From Planctomycetota bacterium (GTDB lineage: Bacteria; Planctomycetota; UBA8742; UBA2392), in assembly GCA_019636195.1 (NCBI GenBank), contig JAHBYA010000005.1:174-64173 (forward strand): DNA of 64,000 nt, written 5' to 3'. The translations under genes and the position numbers were made by a program. The notes beneath the pieces were generated by a model, which worked only from the letters and a program-made list of their open reading frames with translations, searched no databases and was not told the origin of the DNA. Positions 7,785-15,490 of the stretch are shown here, piece after piece. Every line of letters begins with the position of its first letter. The stretch's first letter is position 1.

Positions 7785-10724
7785 CTAGCGCCGCACCGGC
7801 AGCCATTGCGCGGCCCGCTCTTTCAGCATGACAATTCGGCCGGGCGACTGGCCGTCCGCTGCCCGTTCAAGCTGCTCGGCGGTGGCTTGGGGATCGGGGC
7901 CGCCGTACAGCGCAATGCAGTAGGTGGCAAACTCGCGCCAGCCCGCTTCCCCGAACCAGCGTGAATCATGGTCGCCGCGCCAGTTGCGCAGTGCGCGCTC
8001 CAGGTTGTCCTGCCGACGCTTCTGGTCGCGGGTGTCGATCGGGCTGCCGATAAAGAACTCGCACAGCGCCGCGGGCAGCGCGTGGCTGGCCTCGCCTGCG
8101 TTCAACTCATCGGCCAGCTCGCGCCACAGGCGCAGGCGGGCATCGGCTTCGCCGGCCAGCTCCGGTCGTTCCATGGCGGCCAGCGCAAGCTGCACCTTCA
8201 GCCAGACCGGGTCGGCGCCGGCGCGGGCCGCGGCGCCCAGCCAGACCTCGGCTTTGCGGGCGGGGCCAAAGTCGCTGCCGGATGCCGCCATGCGCGCCAC
8301 CCACGCGGCCTCGATCAGCCGGGGCGCCAGCAGGCTGTTGTCCACGAGGTAGCCATCGACCGCGGCGGCGGCCCAGTCGGCGGTTGTTTGCAGGTCGCCG
8401 TACTCGGGGGCCGGGGCCTCAAGCTTAAGTGCCAGCAACCGGCCCATGGCCGGAGCATAGACGGCGCCAAAGCGCAGATAGTTGGCGCCCTCAATGCGCG
8501 AGAGCGCGCTGAAGGCCTCGGCTCGCAGCGCTTCCGCCCGGTCGGTGTCGGTGGCGGCAACCTGCAGCCGCAGGCGTGCGCCGTGGTACAGCGCCTCGCA
8601 CACCAGGCCGGGGCTGCCCAGAGCGCTGCTGCTGACGAAGTCATAGTAGCGTACCGCGCGGCTGGGATGTTCTTCGGCCAGCAGTTGGGCGCGGCGCATG
8701 GCGTCGTGCAGCAGCCACGAGTTCATCTCCGGCGACATGCCGGTGCTGAGCTGCGCCACGCGCAACTGCGCAATCGCGGCGTCATCGTTGTCGCGGACTG
8801 TTTCCATGTCTGACGCGACCAGGAAAATCCGGGCGCGCAGACCGGGATCATTGACCAGAGCCTTGGCCTGGGTGCAGTCGGAAAGTGCGTCTTCAAGGCG
8901 CCCCAGCCGCTGGCGGCAGGTCGCGCGCAGCAGCAACAGGGCCGCCCGCTCGTTGCGGACAGCGGGCTCGGCGTCGGCGGGCAGCGGCAACGCCAGCCGC
9001 GCCGCCAGCCGAAGCTCGGCGTCGCTGTATTGGCCCACCGAGTACAGCAGCATCTCGGTGCTTTGGGCTGTGTCGCGGTGGGTGACGGTCACGGTGCGCA
9101 AACTGAGTTCCGAGACTTCGCCGCGCACGGCAAAGCGCCGGCCCGCGGCGGCAAACGCCGGGTAGATGTCGTCAAACTCGAACGCCGCCATCGGGCCCGG
9201 GGCCGCAACCTCCGAAAGGGAAAAAGCGATCGATTGTCCGCGCCGCGTGATCACCGCCCGGTACCAAACCCCCGGCTCAAGCGCAGGCCGCAGCCCGCCA
9301 CGGTAGGCGCCCAGCACCGGCACGCCCAGCCGCCGCAACTCAATACGGTCGCGCGCGCCGGCCCCCAGCGCGATGGTGTAGGCGGTGTCCACCTCGCCGG
9401 GTTGGTCGGGCATACCCACCAGCAGCTCAAGCGGCCCCTTTGCGTCGCGGATTCGGAGTTCAAGGTCCAGCGTGAAGTCGCCCCAGCAGGCGCGCTCTTT
9501 GGGTGAAATGAACAGCGGGTCGGCGCCGGTGCGAGCAAGCACGATTTCGCCGCCCTGGCCGGTGGTGACGACACCGCCGTGCTGTGTCCAGGTGCCGTCT
9601 TTGCCGAACATCGGCTCAATGTCTTCGCGCTGGCGCGGGTCGTTGCCCAGGATGCGGCGCTCGTCAATGAAGCCGCCTTCGCTGTTGCTCATGAACGCCG
9701 GGTTCAGGCCCGTGTAAACCATGCCGCCCGCCAGCCCCAGCGCGACGAGAATCACGGCCGCCACCGGCACATAGCGCCGGGTGCGAAGCCAGATCCGCGC
9801 CAGCTTGCCCCTTGAGCGCGCGACCACCCACTCGCCGTGAAGGTAGCGCTCAAGGTCGTCGGCCAGCGCGTCGGCGGACTCGTAGCGGCGCGCCGGGTCC
9901 TGGGCCATGGCCATCTCAACGATGGCGCGCAGGTCGGGCGGCACATCTTCAAGGGCGGTGCGCGGCCACTTGGGCCCCTGGCTTTCCGCTACCCGCAACA
10001 TCAGTTCGTAGGTGCTGTCGCCCTCAACGGGGCGCTTGCCCGTTAACAGCGTGTAAAGCGTGGCACCCATTGCGTATATGTCGGTCTTGACCCCCACGCG
10101 GTTGCGCTCGCCCCGGGCCTGCTCGGGCGCCATGTAGGCGGGCGTGCCCATACTGATACCGGTCTGGGTAAGCTGTCCGCTGTGCGTAAGGTCCTGTGCC
10201 AAGCCGAAGTCAGTCAAAATCGGGGTGCCGTCGCGTCGGACGATGATGTTGCCGGGCTTGATGTCACGGTGAACGATTCCCTGTTTGTGTGCCTGGCCGA
10301 CGGCGCGGGCGATGGCCTCAATGAGTGTCGCGGCTTCGTCGGGGTCCAAGGGCCCGCGGCGCGCCGCGTCGTCGGCGTCCTGGCCCTCAATGAAGTCCAT
10401 GGTGAAGAAAGGGTGGCCTTCAATCTCGCCGGCCTCAAAGACGCGGACGATGTTGGGGTGGCTGATGCGCGCGACATTTTCAATCTCGCGGCGAAAGCGC
10501 GTAAGCGCTTCTGCGTCAGTTGCATAAGAGGAAGGAAGGAGCTTAAGGGCGACCGGGCGCTGAAGGTCAGTCTGCCACGCGCGATAGACGCGGGCCTGTC
10601 CGCCGCGCGGCAACTCGCGCTCTATAATGAAGCGACCGAGTTCCTGGCCGATGCGCGGCAGGGGTGCGATGTGCAGGCCTGAGTCATTCTGTTCCACGCG
10701 CGCTCCGGGCGTAATGGTAAGCAC
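7785..10724 (-). CDS. Ser/Thr protein kinase with TM helix and large extracytoplasmic beta-sandwich plus helical-repeat region
   Basis: Hanks-type kinase motifs are present: VALKLL, HRDIKPGNIIV, DFGLA and GTPAYMAPE. The TM helix is at ...YVPVAAVILVALGLAGGMVY. Total length is 979 aa. Confidence 0.9.
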   Translation of the reverse strand: MLTITPGARVEQNDSGLHIAPLPRIGQELGRFIIERELPRGGQARVYRAWQTDLQRPVALKLLPSSYATDAEALTRFRREIENVARISHPNIVRVFEAGEIEGHPFFTMDFIEGQDADDAARRGPLDPDEAATLIEAIARAVGQAHKQGIVHRDIKPGNIIVRRDGTPILTDFGLAQDLTHSGQLTQTGISMGTPAYMAPEQARGERNRVGVKTDIYAMGATLYTLLTGKRPVEGDSTYELMLRVAESQGPKWPRTALEDVPPDLRAIVEMAMAQDPARRYESADALADDLERYLHGEWVVARSRGKLARIWLRTRRYVPVAAVILVALGLAGGMVYTGLNPAFMSNSEGGFIDERRILGNDPRQREDIEPMFGKDGTWTQHGGVVTTGQGGEIVLARTGADPLFISPKERACWGDFTLDLELRIRDAKGPLELLVGMPDQPGEVDTAYTIALGAGARDRIELRRLGVPVLGAYRGGLRPALEPGVWYRAVITRRGQSIAFSLSEVAAPGPMAAFEFDDIYPAFAAAGRRFAVRGEVSELSLRTVTVTHRDTAQSTEMLLYSVGQYSDAELRLAARLALPLPADAEPAVRNERAALLLLRATCRQRLGRLEDALSDCTQAKALVNDPGLRARIFLVASDMETVRDNDDAAIAQLRVAQLSTGMSPEMNSWLLHDAMRRAQLLAEEHPSRAVRYYDFVSSSALGSPGLVCEALYHGARLRLQVAATDTDRAEALRAEAFSALSRIEGANYLRFGAVYAPAMGRLLALKLEAPAPEYGDLQTTADWAAAAVDGYLVDNSLLAPRLIEAAWVARMAASGSDFGPARKAEVWLGAAARAGADPVWLKVQLALAAMERPELAGEADARLRLWRELADELNAGEASHALPAALCEFFIGSPIDTRDQKRRQDNLERALRNWRGDHDSRWFGEAGWREFATYCIALYGGPDPQATAEQLERAADGQSPGRIVMLKERAAQWLPVRR

Positions 10725-11249
10725 AATCGGCAGAATTCAAAGGCAGGTTGCGGGTTTCAGGTTCCAGATGGCAAGGGGCGAGAGTGCAAAGCAGAGACAT
10801 CTGCAGGGCGACCAACCGGTTGGGTAGGCTGGGCAAACCCCGGAACCCGGAAGTGAGTTGGGCAAGATGTTGCATTTTGGTTACAGAAGGGGGTTGCATC
10901 GAACAGGGTGCAAGGTAAGGTTTTAGGCCAAAGGTGTGTCAGTAATTTTGGCTCCGGCGTGGCAGGCGAAAGCTGCGCTGTGGGCTTGGGGCAAGGCGGG
11001 GGCAACCCTCGCCGACGGGCGGCCCGCCCTGGCCGCGCCGCGGGAAAGCCGCGGGGAAAGGAGACGCGTCGATTGGGGGCGGCTCAGGCGTTGTCGGATG
11101 AAGATTCCGGCGATTTGCCCAAAGTTATCGGACACAAGCGGCCGATATGGGTCGCGAAGCCTGTCGATTGCGATGTGCGGGCGATGCGGGTACTGGCGAT
11201 GGTCATCCGCCGCGTAGGTCAGCCACGCAAAAAACAGGTTAGAACAGTG

Positions 11250-11277
11250 TTGACGGCGTGATAAGCATTTCTATGGT
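11250..11277 (+). promoter_or_regulatory. Sigma70-like promoter candidate upstream of the porin gene
   Basis: TTGACG (11250-11255), a 16-nt spacer, then TATGGT (11272-11277). This is a pattern match only, and promoter rules for this lineage are unknown. Confidence 0.3.
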
Positions 11278-11309
11278 CTGCCTGCCCTTCAGGGGATGGC
11301 GAGACGTTT

Positions 11310-11340
11310 CTTGACACGGATCGGAAAGGGTCGTGTCAAG
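11310..11340 (+). promoter_or_regulatory. Perfect 9-bp inverted repeat in the porin leader
   Basis: CTTGACACG (11310-11318), 13 nt, then CGTGTCAAG (11332-11340). It lies ~60 nt upstream of the porin ATG. It could be an operator or an RNA hairpin. Confidence 0.4.
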
Positions 11341-11402
11341 ACTCTCCTGAGGCAGCGACGGACGGACGACTGACTTTCTTGGGATTAAAGGGAGAGCAAG
11401 GC

Positions 11403-12872
11403 ATGGCAAAACTATGGTCTATGGCTCTGGCGCTGTTTATCGGCGCGGGGCTATGGGCTGTGCCGGCGATGGCACAGTCCAGCGACGCAGATGACGTCGC
11501 GAAGGTTACGCGCGGTGGCGGCGAAGGCGTTGACACCTCGCTTGGCAAGAAGGGTTTGGGCGTCGAAACCGACGGCTTTGCCCTGTGGATGAGCACCCGC
11601 GTCCAGTTCCGTCTGACCTACCAGACGGAAGTGGGCAACGGTCCTGACGGCACGAACGGCCGGACGTTTATCAACTTCCGCGTTCGCCGCGCCAAGACCA
11701 ACTTCAAGGGTTTCATCTTCGACAAGGACTTCCAGTACAACCTGCTGTTGAACTGGACCTCCGGCGGCAACAACATCATTGAAGAAGCGTGGTTCCGCTG
11801 GGCCATCATGCAGTACATCAACGTCACCGCAGGCCAGACCAAGCTCCAGTACAACTGGGAAGAAGCGGTCAGCAGCGGTGCACAGCAGTTCGTTGAGCGC
11901 GGCTACGTCAACGAGAAGTTCAACCAGGACTACGCCAAGGGCATCACGCTTGACGGCAAGATCGGCGAAGACGTGAGCTGGCTGAAGTACTGGATCGGCA
12001 TTTACAACGGCGTGCTCAAGGGCAACACGGACTTCCGTAATGCCGACTGGGCGCTTCGTGCCGACACCTTCGACAACCTGACCGACGGCGAGATGATGAT
12101 CAATCTTCGTCTCGAAACGCACCCGATGGGTGACGTTGCCCGCAGCATGAACGACATGCGCAGCAAGGAAGAGATGGACAAGATCCTCTTTGCCATCGGT
12201 TTGGGCTTCAACTGGTTCATGAGCGGCTTTGATGCTCCGGACCTGCGCGGCGACACCGCGACCGGCAGCCCGGCTTCGGGCCGCTTCCGCACCAGCCAGG
12301 ACACCATGTCGGTCGTTCTGGACGGTCACTTCCGCTTCTACGGCTTGAGCGTGGACATCGAGTTCCACATGCGTCACACCGAGTTCCACAACCGTGGCCG
12401 TAACCGCTTCAACCCGCAGCGCGACGAGCCTCTGAACACCGCGCTGGCGGCCACCGGTAACCTGACCGACTACGGCATCAGCTTCCTGATCGCCTACTTC
12501 ATCCTGCCTGAGCAGCTGAACGTCGGTATCCGCTGGGATCACTTCGATGCAGACGAAGTGTGGGCCAACGCCGGCAACCAGAGCCGTACCCGCTTCATGG
12601 CTGTGCACCCGGACGCCAACGAGATCGGCCTGTCCGTGAACTACTACATTCACGGCAACAACCTGAAGCTGACCTTCGACCTGCTGATGGTCAGCCAGAC
12701 CCTGGCCTTCTCGGCGAACACCGCTGACTCGAGCGGTAACCGCACGCTGAACGGTGTGTACAACAGCGTTCCGGAACGTCACGCGTTCACCACCCAGGGC
12801 TTCCACCTGAACCGTGGCAGCGACCACAACGACCTCTGGATCATCCGCCTGCAGCTTCAGTGGATCTTCTAA
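11403..12872 (+). CDS. Outer-membrane porin, phosphate-selective porin O/P-like
   Basis: SD AAGGGAGAG precedes ATG 11403. The signal peptide is MAKLWSMALALFIGAGLWAVPAMAQ. It has FINFRVRRAKTNFKGFIF and an alternating beta-strand pattern. The C-terminus LQLQWIF is a beta-barrel terminal signature. Confidence 0.8.
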   Translation: MAKLWSMALALFIGAGLWAVPAMAQSSDADDVAKVTRGGGEGVDTSLGKKGLGVETDGFALWMSTRVQFRLTYQTEVGNGPDGTNGRTFINFRVRRAKTNFKGFIFDKDFQYNLLLNWTSGGNNIIEEAWFRWAIMQYINVTAGQTKLQYNWEEAVSSGAQQFVERGYVNEKFNQDYAKGITLDGKIGEDVSWLKYWIGIYNGVLKGNTDFRNADWALRADTFDNLTDGEMMINLRLETHPMGDVARSMNDMRSKEEMDKILFAIGLGFNWFMSGFDAPDLRGDTATGSPASGRFRTSQDTMSVVLDGHFRFYGLSVDIEFHMRHTEFHNRGRNRFNPQRDEPLNTALAATGNLTDYGISFLIAYFILPEQLNVGIRWDHFDADEVWANAGNQSRTRFMAVHPDANEIGLSVNYYIHGNNLKLTFDLLMVSQTLAFSANTADSSGNRTLNGVYNSVPERHAFTTQGFHLNRGSDHNDLWIIRLQLQWIF

Positions 12873-12895
12873 GATCGTTGCAAAGCATCAAACCC

Positions 12896-12929
12896 AAGGG
12901 CGGCCGATCACGGCCGCCCTTCTGTTTGT
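12896..12929. terminator. Rho-independent terminator (possibly bidirectional)
   Basis: AAGGGCGGCCG, loop ATCA, CGGCCGCCCTT (11-bp stem), followed by CTGTTTGT. It lies between the convergent porin gene and the small ORF. Confidence 0.7.
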
Positions 12930-12937
12930 CTGGCCGA

Positions 12938-13078
12938 TCACGCCCGCCTGCCCGCACCTGCAACCAGACACGCGAACAGCAGCACCGTGTGCAGCACCAC
13001 TCCCAGCACCCACAGCTTGGGCACAACGTACAGCGCGCAGATCGCAAAGAACGCCGACAACCAGAAGAAGCGGTACAT
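12938..13078 (-). CDS. Small hydrophobic protein (46 aa), below the ORF-track cutoff
   Basis: A strong SD (GGAAGGAGG) sits 5 nt upstream of ATG 13078..13076. The translation is MYRFFWLSAFFAICALYVVPKLWVLGVVLHTVLLFACLVAGAGRRA, which suggests two TM helices. GC-rich third positions are consistent with coding. Confidence 0.4.
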   Translation of the reverse strand: MYRFFWLSAFFAICALYVVPKLWVLGVVLHTVLLFACLVAGAGRRA

Positions 13079-13257
13079 CGCTGCCTCCTTCCGGGGGGCC
13101 TGTCATTTCGCTCAGGCACCCGCAATCAGCCTATCCCGTGCGGGTTTGCGGGCCATGACAAACCCCGCCATCGATTGGAGCGGCCTGCGCAAGCTGCCAG
13201 CCGCAAGCCTCTGGGAATGAAGGGTGCGCGGTTGGTTGTTGAACTGGCAGGTGTGCC

Positions 13258-14127
13258 ATGAACCATTTGAAGACATTCGCGCTGATGGCAGCCCTGACTG
13301 CGGTCGCGGTCGGAACCGGTTGGCTGATCGGGGGTTACAACGGTCTCCTGATCGCCCTCGCGGTGGCTGGCCTGATGAACTTCGTCGGCTACTGGTTCTC
13401 GGACAGCATTGTGCTGCGTCTGTACCGCGCCCGTGAAGTCGGCCCCGAACAAGCCCCAGAGTTGCACGCAATGGTGGCAGAACTGGCCAAGCGCGCTGCT
13501 ATTCCGACTCCGAAGGTATGCATCATCCCCAGCGCCGCGCCCAACGCCTTTGCCACGGGCCGCAACCCGCGTTACGCCGCAGTGGCGGTCACCGAGGGCC
13601 TGCTGCATTTGCTGACGCCTCGTGAGGTGATGGCTGTGCTGGCCCATGAGATCGCGCACGTCGTAAACCGCGACACGCTGATCGGCACGATTGCCGCGAC
13701 GTTTGCCGGTGCCGTCTCGATGCTCGCGCACATGCTGATGTGGACTGCCATGCTGGGCGGCAACGACCGCAACAACCCCCTGGGTGCCATTGGCGCGCTG
13801 GTTGCCATGATCTTCGCGCCGCTTGCGGCTGCGATGATCCAGATGGCAATCAGCCGCAGCCGCGAGTATCAGGCAGACCGCACCGGCGCCGAGTTGATGG
13901 GCGGCGGGCGTGAACTTGCCGGCGCGCTTCACAAGCTGCACTTTGGCGCGCAACAGGTTCCGTTTGAGCACGAGCCGGAGCCCGCCACCGCGCACATGTT
14001 TATCGTGAACCCGCTTCGCGCACGCGGCCTGGGCAGCCTGTTCAGCACCCACCCGCCGGTTGAAGCGCGCATTGAACGGCTGTTGCAGTACACCCCGCAG
14101 CCGCAGGAGTATCGCCGGGCGGCCTAG
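13258..14127 (+). CDS. htpX: Zinc metalloprotease HtpX (M48 family)
   Basis: Contains the HEIAHVVNRD (HExxH) motif and four TM segments. The 289-aa length and N-terminus MNHLKTFALMAALTA... are typical of HtpX. Confidence 0.9.
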   Translation: MNHLKTFALMAALTAVAVGTGWLIGGYNGLLIALAVAGLMNFVGYWFSDSIVLRLYRAREVGPEQAPELHAMVAELAKRAAIPTPKVCIIPSAAPNAFATGRNPRYAAVAVTEGLLHLLTPREVMAVLAHEIAHVVNRDTLIGTIAATFAGAVSMLAHMLMWTAMLGGNDRNNPLGAIGALVAMIFAPLAAAMIQMAISRSREYQADRTGAELMGGGRELAGALHKLHFGAQQVPFEHEPEPATAHMFIVNPLRARGLGSLFSTHPPVEARIERLLQYTPQPQEYRRAA

Positions 14128-14522
14128 GCAGGCAAACGCTGGGCCACGCCGATGCGGTTGCCTTCAGGGTCTTCCATCAGAAAGTCCCGCAGGCCGTAGG
14201 CCTGGTCGCTGATCTGGTGGATGATCTTTGCGATGGCTTGGGCGGTTGCGTACACGTCGTCCACGGCATGCACAAAGACGTAGGCGCTGCCCTGGCCGGC
14301 GACTTTGCCGTCGCGCTCAGGGTACAAGTGCATTTGCACCGGCCCGTTGCGCAGCACGGCGTACACGGGAGTCTTGTAGGTTGCCTCAAGCCCAAGCAGC
14401 TTGCCGTAGAACGCGCACATGGCATCCAGGTTCCGTACGGCAAACGCAGGCGCGATTTCGATCAGCATGGTCAAGGCCGCTCCGACATAGTCCGTCATTC
14501 GACCGTTCGTTCGTTCAGCCAA
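14124..14522 (-). CDS. Glyoxalase/bleomycin-resistance (VOC) family protein
   Basis: 132 aa. The pattern ...FAVRNLDAMCAFYGKLLGLE...MHLY...VFVHAVDDVY...GLRDFLMEDPEGNRIGV is the typical VOC beta-alpha-beta-beta-beta pattern. Confidence 0.75.
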   Translation of the reverse strand: MAERTNGRMTDYVGAALTMLIEIAPAFAVRNLDAMCAFYGKLLGLEATYKTPVYAVLRNGPVQMHLYPERDGKVAGQGSAYVFVHAVDDVYATAQAIAKIIHQISDQAYGLRDFLMEDPEGNRIGVAQRLPA

Positions 14523-14823
14523 GCCTGAATGTCACGGCTTCCGTGTACAACGCCGATGAAGAACAGGGTACAACGCCGATGAAGAACAGGTCCGCTTTCG
14601 TGAACTGGTAAACGAGCAGGTCCTTGAAAGGGCGCAAGACAACGCGCCGAACGCCACCTTGCACACGGCCGCTCGCGCCGGGAAACCTCAGAATGCGGGC
14701 AACTGCATCGTCCAGGCACTGCGCGAAACGGGTGGACAAGCCGGGCCGGCGCGATTCACACCACACGTATCGGTCGGCAACGTCTTCCCAGAACTCCGGA
14801 AGAAAACGCGGTGTCAACTTCAC
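14495..14823 (-). pseudogene. RelE/ParE-family toxin, C-terminus frameshifted by a 23-bp tandem duplication
   Basis: GTG 14823..14821 overlaps the antitoxin TGA as GTGA. The N-terminal 77 residues are ParE-like (..FWEDVADRYVW..RFPGASGRV..VRRVVLRPFKDLLVYQF..). After the duplication the frame reads PCSSSALYTEAVTFRLG*. Removing one copy restores ..LFFIGVVHGSRDIQAWLNERTVE*, ending at 14495. Confidence 0.7.
14545..14590. repeat. Perfect 23-bp tandem duplication inside the toxin gene
   Basis: GTACAACGCCGATGAAGAACAGG occurs at 14545-14567 and again at 14568-14590. Confidence 0.95.
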
Positions 14824-15041
14824 TGGACAGTCCGAAGGCGCTTGCGGAACTCCTCTAGCGTAAGGCACTTGTCCGGGTTGGCTTGCGCCCATGCAAGGCG
14901 GCGCTCCATCTCGGCTAGTTGATCCGGGGTGAGCCCGATCTCGGGCTCAGCATCAAGACTGTTCCACAACTCGTCGATCAACTGCAACTTCTCGTCGGCG
15001 GTCATGGCTGCGAGCTTGGCCTTGTCAATTGCGGAACTCAT
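14820..15041 (-). CDS. Addiction-module antitoxin component (TIGR02574-like)
   Basis: MSSAIDKAKLAAMTADEKLQLIDELWNSLD...LTPDQLAEMERRLAWAQANPDKCLTLEEFRKRL matches the putative addiction module component pattern. Its stop overlaps the toxin start. Confidence 0.75.
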   Translation of the reverse strand: MSSAIDKAKLAAMTADEKLQLIDELWNSLDAEPEIGLTPDQLAEMERRLAWAQANPDKCLTLEEFRKRLRTVQ

Positions 15042-15083
15042 GGAATGAAGTTTACGCAACCTTCTTCGCACGTCCACCCGCCG

Positions 15084-15440
15084 TCAGGCAGTTCGGCGCA
15101 GCAGGCCCAGCAGCGCTTCTTTCAGTTCGTTGTGGTCGGCGTGCTTGGCCTCGTCGCGCTTGCCGGGCAGCACCACGATGTCGCGGCTGCCGGCCGCCTG
15201 CTTATGGCGGCGAAAGATGTCGCGGATCCGCCGCTTCCACTTGTTGCGAGCTACCGCGTTGCCGAACCTGCGGCTTACTACCAGCCCCAGCCGCGGATAA
15301 CCCAGGCTGTTCTCAAGCCAGTGGACGATCAGGCGCTTGTTGCCGGCGCTCTGGCCGCCGTTGAACACGCGGTCGAAGTCGGCCTTGGTCAACAGGCGTT
15401 CATCTTTGCGCAGCCGCTGGTCCGTGAGGTACGCGTGCAT
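15084..15440 (-). CDS. rnpA: Ribonuclease P protein component
   Basis: 118 aa and basic. Contains LRKDERLLTKADFDRVF...RLGLVVSRRFGNAVARNKWKRRIRDIFR. Confidence 0.85.
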   Translation of the reverse strand: MHAYLTDQRLRKDERLLTKADFDRVFNGGQSAGNKRLIVHWLENSLGYPRLGLVVSRRFGNAVARNKWKRRIRDIFRRHKQAAGSRDIVVLPGKRDEAKHADHNELKEALLGLLRRTA

Positions 15441-15490
15441 GTCGCGTCCTGTTTTACACTCAACAATCGGCTGACACAGGGGTTTGCACG

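Noticed and set aside
15441-15490. Expected rpmH (ribosomal protein L34) upstream of rnpA.
   Set aside because: No L34-like basic 44-46 aa ORF is present. The space is only 50 nt before the divergent priA. rpmH is presumably elsewhere. This is a synteny difference and not evidence of anything unusual.
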